Shown: positions 17,543 through 26,407 of the stretch, piece by piece
How the letters are laid out: the number at the start of each line of letters is the position of its first letter
Numbering within the stretch: position 1 is the first letter of the stretch
Source: a bacterium
GTDB taxonomy: Bacteria; Acidobacteriota; Polarisedimenticolia; Polarisedimenticolales; Polarisedimenticolaceae
Assembly: GCA_024226515.1 (NCBI GenBank)
Contig: JAAELQ010000057.1
Span: forward strand, 12,723 to 76,722
Length of the DNA: 64,000 nucleotides
Reading direction: 5' to 3'
The notes under the pieces: generated by a model
Seen by the model: only the letters and a program-made list of their open reading frames with translations
Databases searched by the model: none
Told to the model about the DNA's origin: nothing
Translations under genes and position numbers: made by a program

Positions 17543-19732
17543 ATGTCGACCGTATCGCGACGACGGTTTCTGAAAATATCCGGATGCGGTGCGGGGCTCG
17601 CCGCCGCGGCCTCCGCCGCACCGTACCTGCCCGGCGCCCAGGCCTCCGCCCAGGACGGCGAGCTGCGCCGCGTGCCCACCTTCTGCGACGTCTGCTTCTG
17701 GAAGTGCGGAGCGATCGCCACCGTCAAGGGCGGCAAGCTGTGGAAGATCGAGGGCAACCCCGAAGACCCGCTCAGCCGGGGACGCCTCTGCCCGCGCGGG
17801 ACGGGCGGCGTCGGGGCGCACCTCGACCCCGATCGGCTGCGCGCTCCGCTGATCCGTCGCGAAGCGCGCGGCCGCGAGGAGTGGGTCGAGGTGACGTGGG
17901 ACCAGGCGCTGGACCGCATCGCCGAGAAGCTGCAGGCGATCGAGAAGTCCCACGGACCGGAGGCCGTCGCGATGTTCAGCCACGGCATCGGCGGCGCGTT
18001 CCTCAAGCACACGATCAAGGCCTTCGGCTCACCCAACATCGCCGCGCCGTCGTACGCGCAGTGCCGCGGGCCGCGCGACGTCGGCTTCAGCCTGACGTTC
18101 GGCGAGGACGTCAGCAGCCCCGAGCGGACCGACATCAAGAACGCGCGCTGCCTCGTGCTGATCGGCTCGCACCTGGGCGAGAACATGCACAACACGCAGG
18201 TGCAGGAGTTCGCCGAGGCGATCGGCAATGGCGCCTCGGTCATCGTCGTCGATCCGCGCTTCTCCGTCGCCGCGAGCAAGGCCAAGCACTATCTGCCGAT
18301 CAAGCCCGGCACCGACCTCGCGTTGCTGCTGGCGTGGATGAACGTGCTCGTGACCGAGGGCCTGTACGACCGAGAGTACGTCGAGGCGTACGGCTACGGG
18401 TTCGACGCGTTCGAGTCCATCGTCGCGCAGTACACGCCCGAGTGGGCCTACGCGCGGACGACCATTCCGCCGCAGTTGATCCGCGAGACTGCGCGCGAGA
18501 TGGCGCGCCAGCGGCCGGCCACGTTGGTCCACCCGGGGCGTCACGTCACGTGGTACGGCGACGACGCGCAGCGCAGCCGCGCGATCGCGTTGCTGAACGC
18601 ATTGCTCGGAAGCTGGGGCCGCCGCGGCGGCTTCTACAGTCAGGCCAGCATGGACGTGCCCGGCTATCCCTATCCGCCGTACCCGAAGCCGGACCGGCCC
18701 AGGGCGGACAACCCGGGCAAACGCTATCCGTTCGCCGACGGCGCGCTGTCGACGGGGATCCGCGAGGCCACGCTGACCGGCGAGCCGTATCCGATCAAGG
18801 GCTGGCTGGTCTACGCGACGAACCTGCTGCAGGCGCTGCCGAATCAGGAAGAGACGATCCGCGCCATTCGGCAGCTGGATCTGATGGTCGTGGTCGACGT
18901 GGTTCCGAGCGAGATCGCGGGCTGGGCCGACGTCGTCCTGCCCGAGTCGGTCTATCTCGAGCGACACGACGAGCTCAACGTCGAGTGGTTTCGCGAGCCG
19001 TTCGTCGCTCTGCGGCAGCCGGTCGTCGACGCCCCGCACGAGCAGAAACCCAACTGGTGGATCGCGCGCGAGCTCGCGAAACGGCTGGGACTGGAGCGTT
19101 ACTTCCCGTGGACGGACATCGACGACTATCTGCGTCGCAGGGTCGAGTCCGCGGGCCTGGATTACGACCGGCTGAAGCGTGACGGAATCCTCCGCGGCGC
19201 GCGTCAGCCGATCTACTTCGACGAGGGAGTGCCCGCGGAGTTCCCGACGCCGTCGGGGAAGATCGAGTTCTACTCGTCGCAACTGGCGGCCGCCGGTTTC
19301 GACGCGGTGCCGAAGTACACGCCGCCCGACGAGCCGCCTCCCGGCTACTTCCGGCTGCTCTACGGCCGCTCGCCGGTGCACTCGTTCAGTCGCACGCAGA
19401 CCAACCCGATCCTCGCCGAGATGATGGACGAGAACGAGGTCTGGCTGAACGCGGACATCGCCCGGCGCTACGGCCTCGCCAGCGGCGACCGTGTGCGGCT
19501 GCGCAACCAGGACGACGTGTTGAGCGATCCGATTCGCGTCAAGGCCACACAGCGCATCCGCGGCGACTGCGTCTACATGGTGCACGGCTTCGGTCACACC
19601 GCCCGCGGGTTGCGCAGCACACGAGGCAAGGGCGCCAGCGACGCGAGTCTGATCACGCGCTACACCATCGATCCGCTGATGGGCGGCAACGGAATGAGCG
19701 TCAACTTCGTCAAGCTCGAACTGGAGGCATGA
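17543..19732 (+). CDS. Molybdopterin (bis-MGD) oxidoreductase catalytic subunit, polysulfide/thiosulfate-reductase (PsrA/PhsA)-like, Tat-exported
   Basis: The ATG at 17543 follows CAGGAG. Twin-arginine signal is MSTVSRRRFLKISGCGAGLAAAASAAPYLPGAQA. The N-terminal 4Fe-4S motif is C-x2-C-x3-C-x27-C (CDVCFWKCGAIATVKGGKLWKIEGNPEDPLSRGRLCPRG). It is followed by ferredoxin and NrfD-type subunits. Confidence 0.9.
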   Translation: MSTVSRRRFLKISGCGAGLAAAASAAPYLPGAQASAQDGELRRVPTFCDVCFWKCGAIATVKGGKLWKIEGNPEDPLSRGRLCPRGTGGVGAHLDPDRLRAPLIRREARGREEWVEVTWDQALDRIAEKLQAIEKSHGPEAVAMFSHGIGGAFLKHTIKAFGSPNIAAPSYAQCRGPRDVGFSLTFGEDVSSPERTDIKNARCLVLIGSHLGENMHNTQVQEFAEAIGNGASVIVVDPRFSVAASKAKHYLPIKPGTDLALLLAWMNVLVTEGLYDREYVEAYGYGFDAFESIVAQYTPEWAYARTTIPPQLIRETAREMARQRPATLVHPGRHVTWYGDDAQRSRAIALLNALLGSWGRRGGFYSQASMDVPGYPYPPYPKPDRPRADNPGKRYPFADGALSTGIREATLTGEPYPIKGWLVYATNLLQALPNQEETIRAIRQLDLMVVVDVVPSEIAGWADVVLPESVYLERHDELNVEWFREPFVALRQPVVDAPHEQKPNWWIARELAKRLGLERYFPWTDIDDYLRRRVESAGLDYDRLKRDGILRGARQPIYFDEGVPAEFPTPSGKIEFYSSQLAAAGFDAVPKYTPPDEPPPGYFRLLYGRSPVHSFSRTQTNPILAEMMDENEVWLNADIARRYGLASGDRVRLRNQDDVLSDPIRVKATQRIRGDCVYMVHGFGHTARGLRSTRGKGASDASLITRYTIDPLMGGNGMSVNFVKLELEA

Positions 19733-19736
19733 GGCG

Positions 19737-20276
19737 ATGGCTCGCTTCGGCATGGTGATCGATACGACGAGATGCGTGGGGTGCATGGACTGCGTCGTCG
19801 CCTGTAAGACGGAGAACGAGGTGCCGCAGGGCTACTGCCGTGACTGGATCGTGGAGGAAGCCCGCGGAGCGTTCCCCGATCTACAACTCGAGATTCGCAG
19901 CGAACGCTGCAATCACTGCGACAACCCGCCCTGCGTCTGGTGCTGCCCCACCGGAGCCAGCCACGTGAGCGACTTCGGCAAGCTGGTGCAGATCGACAAG
20001 GAAGTGTGCATCGGTTGCAAGGCGTGCCTGGCGGCCTGCCCCTACGACGCACGCTACATCCATCCCGACGGCTACGCCGACAAGTGCACGTTCTGCGAAC
20101 ACCGCATCAAGGATGGGCTGGATCCCGCGTGCGTGGCCGTGTGCCCCACACACTGCATGCACTTCGGCGACCTGGATGACCCGGACAGCGAAGTGTCGAG
20201 GCTGATCCTCTCGCGACGGCACCACACGCTGCTGGCCGCGGCCGGCACGAAACCCAGGATCTACTTCCTGACCTGA
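19737..20276 (+). CDS. 4Fe-4S ferredoxin-type electron-transfer subunit (PsrB/NrfC-like)
   Basis: It has four Cys clusters (CVGCMDCVVACK, CNHCDNPPCVWCCP, CIGCKACLAACP, CTFCEHRI...CVAVCP). It starts 4 nt after the catalytic subunit stop. Confidence 0.9.
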   Translation: MARFGMVIDTTRCVGCMDCVVACKTENEVPQGYCRDWIVEEARGAFPDLQLEIRSERCNHCDNPPCVWCCPTGASHVSDFGKLVQIDKEVCIGCKACLAACPYDARYIHPDGYADKCTFCEHRIKDGLDPACVAVCPTHCMHFGDLDDPDSEVSRLILSRRHHTLLAAAGTKPRIYFLT

Positions 20277-20286
20277 GGAGCGGGGA

Positions 20287-21225
20287 ATGGTCGAGCTGAC
20301 GAGCACGCGCGCCAACGAGATGGTCGATCCGGTGCTTCATGTGTGGGGCTGGGAGATACCGGTCTACCTGTTTCTCGGCGGGCTGGTCGCCGGGATGATG
20401 GTCATCTCGGGCTACTTCCTGTTCTCGGGACGCTACCGCAACACGCACTGCGTGTGTCACGTCGTGCCGGGTCTCGGTCTCGTGCTGCTGAGTGTCGGGA
20501 TGCTCGCGTTGTTCCTGGACCTCGAGCACAAGGCGTACGTCTGGCGCCTGTACGTGACGTTCATGATCCGCTCGCCGATGTCGTGGGGGGCGTGGATCCT
20601 GCTGCTGGTCTACCCGGCGCTGGTCGCGAACTTCGTGCTGCGACCGCCCGCACCGCTCGCGCGACGGATTCCGCAGTTGCAGGCCGTATCGAGTCGGCTG
20701 CTGGCGCGAGAACAGTGGGTCAAGTGGATCGGCGCGGCGAACATGCTGCTGGGCATGCTGCTCGGCGTCTACACCGGGATCCTGCTCAGCGCGCTCGGCG
20801 CCCGCCCACTGTGGGGCAGTGCATTGCTGGGGCCGCTGTTCCTGGTCTCGGGTATGTCCGCGGCTGCCGCGCTGGTGCACCTGATCGCGCGTGAGCGGCA
20901 GGAGCGCGAGCTGCTGGCCAAGGCGGACAACGGCTTCCTCGTGATCGAGCTGGTGCTGATCGGGTTGTTCTTCGTCGGGCTCGCCTCGACGACCGCCGTT
21001 CACATGGAGGCCGCGAAGATGTTCTTCGGCGGCCCGTACACCGCCCAGTTCTGGGTTCTCGTCGTCGGCATCGGCATCGTCGTTCCGCTCGGACTGCAGC
21101 TGCTGGCGGTGCAGCACCGCATCCGGCACACGCCCGTGGCCCCGATTCTCGTCATCGGCGGCGGCCTGCTCCTGCGCTTCGTGATCGTGGCCGCAGGTCA
21201 GCTGTCGCACTGGAACGCCTCGTAG
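20287..21225 (+). CDS. NrfD/PsrC-family membrane anchor subunit
   Basis: 312 aa with about eight hydrophobic helices. The N-terminus ...HVWGWEIPVYLFLGGLVAGMMVISGY is typical of polysulfide-reductase NrfD proteins. Confidence 0.85.
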   Translation: MVELTSTRANEMVDPVLHVWGWEIPVYLFLGGLVAGMMVISGYFLFSGRYRNTHCVCHVVPGLGLVLLSVGMLALFLDLEHKAYVWRLYVTFMIRSPMSWGAWILLLVYPALVANFVLRPPAPLARRIPQLQAVSSRLLAREQWVKWIGAANMLLGMLLGVYTGILLSALGARPLWGSALLGPLFLVSGMSAAAALVHLIARERQERELLAKADNGFLVIELVLIGLFFVGLASTTAVHMEAAKMFFGGPYTAQFWVLVVGIGIVVPLGLQLLAVQHRIRHTPVAPILVIGGGLLLRFVIVAAGQLSHWNAS

Positions 21226-21238
21226 AAAGGTGACAACG

Positions 21239-21766
21239 ATGGACTCTGCGACTCGTCCCCAACCGTACATGAACCCCTACCTCGCCGGCCTGGGTCTCGG
21301 TCTCGTACTGCTGTCCTCGTTCGTGATCATGGGTCGCGGCCTCGGGGCCTCCGGCGCCGTCTCTTCTGTCGCCGCGGTGGCGGTCGAGAGCGTGGCGGCG
21401 GAGCATGCCCGCAGCAACGAGTTCTACTCCGGCTACCTCGAGGGCGGCAACGGGCATCCGCTGAAGTCCTGGCTGGTGTTCGAGGTGCTCGGCGTGATCG
21501 TCGGCGGCTTCGTCTCCGGCGCGCTGGCGCGACGCACGAGAAGGACCGTCGAGCGCGGACCGCGGATCTCGGTCGGTGCGCGCATGACGCTGGCCTTGAT
21601 CGGTGGGGCGCTGATGGGATTCGGCGCGAAGCTGGCCCACGGTTGCACCAGCGGTCAGGCGCTGACCGGAGGGGCGTTGCTCAACGCCGGTAGCTGGGTC
21701 GTGATGCTGATGTTCTTCGCGGGCGCCTACGCGCTGGCCTGGTTCATGAGGAGGCAGTGGCGATGA
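21239..21766 (+). CDS. YeeE/YedE-family (sulfur-transport domain) membrane protein, half-size, copy 1
   Basis: The ATG at 21239 lies 8 nt after GAAAGG. The conserved loop is GAKLAHGCTSGQALTGG. There are four hydrophobic helices. Confidence 0.8.
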   Translation: MDSATRPQPYMNPYLAGLGLGLVLLSSFVIMGRGLGASGAVSSVAAVAVESVAAEHARSNEFYSGYLEGGNGHPLKSWLVFEVLGVIVGGFVSGALARRTRRTVERGPRISVGARMTLALIGGALMGFGAKLAHGCTSGQALTGGALLNAGSWVVMLMFFAGAYALAWFMRRQWR

Positions 21767-22356
21767 TGGCACCGCTGTACAAGTACGGGCTGTTCGGCGA
21801 CGAGGCGTCCCTGGTCGTTGCCTTCCTGATCGGGATCGGTTTCGGTTTCTTCCTCGAGCGCGCCGGGTTCGGCAGCGCCAGGAAGCTGATGGGGCAGTTC
21901 TACCTGACCGACATGGCGGTGTTCAAGGTGATGTTCACCGCGGTCGTCACGGCGATGCTCGGCCTGTTCTACCTCGGCTGGATCGGCGTGCTGGATCTGT
22001 CGCTGGTCTACCTCAGCGAGACGTGGCTCCTGCCCCAGGCGGTCGGCGGGCTGCTGCTGGGGTTCGGCTTCATCATCGGGGGCTACTGTCCGGGCACATC
22101 GATGGTGGCGATCGCCACCGGCAAGATCGACGCCCTGTTGTTCGCGGCGGGAGTGTTCGTCGGGATCGTCGGCTTCGGCGAGGCCTGGCCGCTGATCTCC
22201 GGCTTCGCCGCCTCGACCGCGCTCGGCACGCAGACTCTTCCGGGTGCGCTGTTCCTGCCCTACGGCGTGCTGGTGTTCGTCATCGTCCTGATCGCGCTCG
22301 TGGCCTTCCGCGGCGCCGAGTGGGTCGAGGCAAGGGCGGCGGAGAAGGCGTCATGA
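21763..22356 (+). CDS. YeeE/YedE-family (sulfur-transport domain) membrane protein, half-size, copy 2
   Basis: The ATG at 21763 overlaps the upstream TGA (ATGA) and lies 8 nt after GAGGAGG (21748-21754). The conserved loop is IIGGYCPGTSMVAIATG. The track start is a GTG at 21757. Confidence 0.8.
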   Translation: MMAPLYKYGLFGDEASLVVAFLIGIGFGFFLERAGFGSARKLMGQFYLTDMAVFKVMFTAVVTAMLGLFYLGWIGVLDLSLVYLSETWLLPQAVGGLLLGFGFIIGGYCPGTSMVAIATGKIDALLFAAGVFVGIVGFGEAWPLISGFAASTALGTQTLPGALFLPYGVLVFVIVLIALVAFRGAEWVEARAAEKAS

Positions 22357-22988
22357 AGCGACTCAACGCACGACAGGCAGCCACGGCTGTCGCCGCCGCG
22401 CTGGGAGTCGTGGCCCTGCTGGGCGATCCCTACGGCGGTGGTGTAGTGACGATCGACGCGCGGGAGCTGGGCCGCATCGTCGAGACGAAGCAGGACCACG
22501 TCGCCGCGCCGGAGCTGGCGGACTGGATCCTCCAGGGCCGCACGGATTTCCGCCTGATCGACGTGCGCGAGGCGGAGGCCTACGCCGAGTATCACATCCC
22601 GGGCGCCGAGCACGTGCCGCTCTCCGCGCTGGCCGACTACGGCTTCTATCGCAACGAGAAGATCGCGCTCTACTCCGACGGCGGGATCCACGCCGCGCAG
22701 GCCTGGATGCTGTTGAAGGCGCTGGGGTACCCCGGCGTCTACACCGTCCTCGGCGGCCTCGACGCGTGGAAGGAGGAAGTCCTGTTTCCCGCGCCGCCGC
22801 CCGGCAGCGAAGCGGAGGCGCTGGCCGCGTTCGAGCGAGCCAGGGAAGTCGCGCAGCACTTCGGCGGCTCGCCGCGGGTCGAGGGCGGCGAGCGGGCCGA
22901 GATCGGGGTCGAGCTGCCGCGCGTCGAGCCGCCGGCTGCCACGTTCGCGCCGACCGCGCGGAAGAAAAAGAGGAAGGAAGGCTGCTGA
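22353..22988 (+). CDS. Secreted rhodanese-homology-domain protein with Ser at the catalytic-Cys position and a Lys-rich tail ending -EGC
   Basis: The ATG at 22353 overlaps the upstream TGA (ATGA). Signal peptide is MKRLNARQAATAVAAALGVVALLG. The rhodanese core is FRLIDVREAEAYAEYHIPGAEHVPL...KIALYSDGGIHAAQAWMLLKALGYPGVYTVLGGLDAW. The tail is ...TARKKKRKEGC*. Confidence 0.85.
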   Translation: MKRLNARQAATAVAAALGVVALLGDPYGGGVVTIDARELGRIVETKQDHVAAPELADWILQGRTDFRLIDVREAEAYAEYHIPGAEHVPLSALADYGFYRNEKIALYSDGGIHAAQAWMLLKALGYPGVYTVLGGLDAWKEEVLFPAPPPGSEAEALAAFERAREVAQHFGGSPRVEGGERAEIGVELPRVEPPAATFAPTARKKKRKEGC

Positions 22989-24725
22989 TCAGAGGCCGCG
23001 GTCGCCCCTGTCCGTGTGCACGTAGCGGAACCAGACCAACTCGTCGAGATCGACATCCCCGGTCGGCGCGTTCCATTCGGGCTCGGCTTCCGCCCACCGT
23101 TGTCGTAGCTCGTCGGCCATCGCCCGGGCGACGTCGAAGTAACCCCTGCGCTCGGTCGCGAGCGCTTCCTCGTCGATCACCGGTCGGTTGCCGTCGGTCG
23201 CGGCGCGCAACCCCGCGAGACTCAGCTCGAACGGCGCCTGCCCCGCGTCCGGCTTCTCCAGGTGACGCCAGACGCCGTCGTGCCAGCCCAGGCGGTACAG
23301 CGGGACGAACTGCATGCCGTGGCTCGCCACGAACTCGACGGCGGACAGGATGAACTCGATGTCCGACTCCGACGAGTACCACGGCAGCGAGACGCGCACC
23401 CAGCCCGGCTTCATTCCGTTGAGGCCTCGACGAACCAGCGCGCGGAACGCCGCGGATTTCTCGTGGTCGATCCCCAGCAGCCGGTGCCCGTAGGGCCCGG
23501 CGCACGAGCAGCCCGCCCGGTTCTGGATCCCGAACAGGTGATCGAGCAGGGCGGAGATGAAGTCATGGTGCAGCCCCTCGATCTCGATCGGCACGATCGC
23601 CAGGCGCGCCAGGTTCGGTGGCCCCAGGATCTCGATCCGCGTGTGCCGCGCGAGGCGCTCGGTCGCCCGTTCAGCGAGGGCGACCTCGTGCTCGAACACG
23701 GTCTGCGGTCCCGCGCTGTCCTTGATCATGAAGCCGATCGCCGCGCGAACGTCGCCGAGGATCGCGGGCGTGCCGCCCTCCTCGCGCTCGGCGAGGCGCC
23801 CGACGTAGTCCACGTCCTCGCTGCGCGGCCCGGCGACGTAGTCCACCGTGCCGCCGCCCGGGCGCTCCGGTGTGCGCGTGCGGAACAGCTCGCGATGGGC
23901 CACGAGCACCCCCGAGGACTCGGGGCCGCCGACGAACTTGTGCGGTGAGAGAAAGATGGCGTCGATCCGTTCGTCGGGGTCCGCGGGGTGCATGTCGATC
24001 GGCATGTACGGGGCCGCGGCGGCGAAGTCGAAGAAGGCGAACGCCCCCGCGCCGTGCAGCACGCGAGCGATCGCCCGCACGTCGGAAATCACGCCGGTCA
24101 CGTTGGATGCGGCCGAGAAGCTGCCGATCCGCAGCGGGCTCGAGGCGTGCTCGTCGAGCTGCCGCCTCAGTGCTGAGAGGCAGACCGCGCCGCGCTCGTC
24201 GAGACCGATCTCGACCACCTCGGCGATCGACTCGAGCCACGGCAGCTCGTTCGAGTGATGTTCGTAGGGCCCGACGAAGACGACGGGCCGCTCGTCCTCG
24301 GGAACCGCACGGGACAGGCCGTAGCGCCGCTCCAGCGGTTCCGGGACGCGCAGCCCGAGTAGCCCGACGAGTTTGTTGACCGCCGCGGTCGCCCCGGAAC
24401 CGACGAAGACGACCTCGTCGTCCGCGCCCGCGTTGACCGAGCGCGCGATGACCTGTCGTGCGTTCTCGCGTAGTTCGGTCATCATCCGGCCCGTCGTCGA
24501 GATCTCGGTGTGCGTGTTGGCGTAGAACGGGCGGATGCCGCGGATCCAGTCCTCGACCGGTTGCAGGTGCCGGCCGGTGGCGGTCAGATCGGCGTAGCAG
24601 ATCAGCCGCTTGCCGAAGGGGGTCTCGATGTGGACCGCCCTGCCGATCTCCTCGCCGCGCACCCAGTCCGCCGTGGCGGCGAAGTCGTTCGAAAGAGTCG
24701 TCGTCCTGTCGTCGTTTCCGTCCAT
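22989..24725 (-). CDS. Aminotransferase class-V fold PLP-dependent enzyme (cysteine-desulfurase-like, long form)
   Basis: FYANTHTEISTTGRMMT..., VVFVGSGATAAVNKLVG and the PLP-lysine motif FLSPHKFVGGPESSGVLV are present. The ATG at 24725 (MDGNDDR...) is preferred over the track GTG at 24761. The gene is convergent with, and abuts, the rhodanese gene. Confidence 0.85.
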   Translation of the reverse strand: MDGNDDRTTTLSNDFAATADWVRGEEIGRAVHIETPFGKRLICYADLTATGRHLQPVEDWIRGIRPFYANTHTEISTTGRMMTELRENARQVIARSVNAGADDEVVFVGSGATAAVNKLVGLLGLRVPEPLERRYGLSRAVPEDERPVVFVGPYEHHSNELPWLESIAEVVEIGLDERGAVCLSALRRQLDEHASSPLRIGSFSAASNVTGVISDVRAIARVLHGAGAFAFFDFAAAAPYMPIDMHPADPDERIDAIFLSPHKFVGGPESSGVLVAHRELFRTRTPERPGGGTVDYVAGPRSEDVDYVGRLAEREEGGTPAILGDVRAAIGFMIKDSAGPQTVFEHEVALAERATERLARHTRIEILGPPNLARLAIVPIEIEGLHHDFISALLDHLFGIQNRAGCSCAGPYGHRLLGIDHEKSAAFRALVRRGLNGMKPGWVRVSLPWYSSESDIEFILSAVEFVASHGMQFVPLYRLGWHDGVWRHLEKPDAGQAPFELSLAGLRAATDGNRPVIDEEALATERRGYFDVARAMADELRQRWAEAEPEWNAPTGDVDLDELVWFRYVHTDRGDRGL

Positions 24726-24849
24726 CTTCTTACCAATACCACACCGGTTGCGCGAAGACACTCACGCGTTGCGCGAGAATCCCCCCCGAAGGACGCCTGC
24801 GGCGTCGTGACCTGCTATATTCCGTGCCCGATTCGCGAAGGAGACTCCG

Positions 24850-25434
24850 ATGCGCTTCAGGCAGCTTGTTGTCGGCATTCTCACCTGTCTCGTGGCCGCT
24901 GCGGCCTCGACCGCGGCGGCGGACGGTGAGTTCGAGTTCGCACTCAACGACGAGGCGGTCGACCTCCGCCTGCTGTTCCTGACCGGAGGGGACGAGGACG
25001 GACGGTTCGCGTTCGGCGGTCGCTACCTGAACTCGGACGAGGACGACATCGACGCCTCGATTCCAGCGCTGATCGCCGGCTTTCTCGGCAGCGCGTCGTC
25101 CAACGAGCGTTTCGACTTCTTCGTCGGGGTGCAGGGGATGTTCGGCGAGGCGCTCGACGAGGACGTCAGCGCGGCGGCCGTCGGCGGCGCGGTGGCCTGG
25201 ACGCCCGAGTTCGCGGAGGGGTTGCTCCTGGCCGCCGAGATCTACTGGGCGCCGGACTCGCTGTCGTTCGGCGACACCGAGGACCTGATCAACTGGCAGG
25301 TCAAGGCGGGTTACGAGGTCACGAAGCGTTTCCAGGCGCACGTCTCGTACCACGAGCTCGAGGTCGAGGTCGACGACGTCGGCGAGATCGACGTCGACGA
25401 TTCGGCGCGGATCGGTGTGACGCTGAAGTTCTGA
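24850..25434 (+). CDS. Putative small outer-membrane beta-barrel protein (YfaZ-like)
   Basis: AAGGAG lies 6 nt upstream. Signal peptide is MRFRQLVVGILTCLVAAAASTAAADG. The sequence has alternating amphipathic strands and a C-terminal ...RIGVTLKF* with terminal Phe, typical of OMPs. Confidence 0.6.
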   Translation: MRFRQLVVGILTCLVAAAASTAAADGEFEFALNDEAVDLRLLFLTGGDEDGRFAFGGRYLNSDEDDIDASIPALIAGFLGSASSNERFDFFVGVQGMFGEALDEDVSAAAVGGAVAWTPEFAEGLLLAAEIYWAPDSLSFGDTEDLINWQVKAGYEVTKRFQAHVSYHELEVEVDDVGEIDVDDSARIGVTLKF

Positions 25435-25441
25435 GGCGACC

Positions 25442-26242
25442 TTACTTGGGGTACAGCAGCGTGAGCTGCACACGTGCCCCGAGTCCCTCGGGGCCGCCGT
25501 CGGGCGCGTCGGCCCAGTAGCGCAGGCCCGCGCCGAGCTGCACGCGCTGCTTGCCCCACGTCATCAGCTTGGACACGAGCCCGTTGATCGGGATCGACCA
25601 CTCCTCGGTCTCCCAGTCGTAGGTCGACTCGGAGTTGAGCGTGTAGGTCCACGCCTTCTTCGTCGTGAGCGCCAGGAATGGCTGCATGAAGGTCGCGCTG
25701 ACGTCCGCGCGCTCGTCCTTGCCGGCGAACGACTCGATGTGGTTGACGAGCCCCCCGTAGGTCAGCCCGCCCGACTGCTTCAGCGCGACCGCGGTCGGGC
25801 CGGCGCCCCACTTCTCGCCGGTCAGCCGGTCGTCGCTTCCCGTGGGGAACAGCAGCACGGGGCCGACGCCCCAGACGAGGCCGCCCTTTGTCGGTTGCTT
25901 CGGCGAGAAGAACAGGCTCTGCACGATGTCGCCGATTCCACGCTCGTCGCCCGAACCCGACGGAACGTCGCTCTGCCGGATCACCGGCAGGATGGTGCGC
26001 GAGATGAGGTTCCAGTTCTCGGTCATCGAGAACGGCAGCACCGGCTGCACGTTGACGAACAGCTTGTCGCCGTCGTCGTCGACGCCGAAGTCCTGATCGT
26101 AGTTGAACTGCAACGGAAGGCTGACGAGGGACGAGATCGGGTTGGAGAGCTTCTTGGCCAGTTCCTCGGCACTCTCCTCGGCGGCCGCGGAGAGCCCCCC
26201 GAGAACGAGTATCGCCGCCAAGATCAGTGCCGTCTGCTTCAT
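25442..26242 (-). CDS. Outer-membrane transporter/porin of the MetA-pathway (phenol-degradation-like) beta-barrel family
   Basis: The ATG at 26242 follows GAGGAG. Signal peptide is MKQTALILAAILVLGGLSAAAEE. LSNPISSLVSLPLQFNYDQDFG...FVNVQPVLPF is typical for this family. The track start at 26362 was not used. Confidence 0.65.
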   Translation of the reverse strand: MKQTALILAAILVLGGLSAAAEESAEELAKKLSNPISSLVSLPLQFNYDQDFGVDDDGDKLFVNVQPVLPFSMTENWNLISRTILPVIRQSDVPSGSGDERGIGDIVQSLFFSPKQPTKGGLVWGVGPVLLFPTGSDDRLTGEKWGAGPTAVALKQSGGLTYGGLVNHIESFAGKDERADVSATFMQPFLALTTKKAWTYTLNSESTYDWETEEWSIPINGLVSKLMTWGKQRVQLGAGLRYWADAPDGGPEGLGARVQLTLLYPK

Positions 26243-26407
26243 CTTGTCGCTCCTCGCGTAAGGGATCGAAGGCTTCAGGCTATCCATCCCCTCGCGCGGA
26301 GTCAATCCGCCCGGGTGTCCGGCCGCGTCCTCGCCACCGTTCGTGGTAGCGTTGCCCGGCACGATGGTGGCGTGAAACGGCCGCGCCGCACGGAGACCGC
26401 GGGAGTC

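Noticed and set aside
17543-19732. Selenocysteine or recoding in the molybdoenzyme
   Set aside because: The ORF is uninterrupted with no in-frame TGA, and no SECIS-like hairpin is needed.
18029-19786. 585-aa antisense ORF across the molybdoenzyme gene, and the 532-aa +2 frame ORF 17584..19182
   Set aside because: Only the 17543..19732 frame has the Tat signal, the Fe-S cluster motif and molybdopterin-oxidoreductase similarity. The others are compositional shadows.
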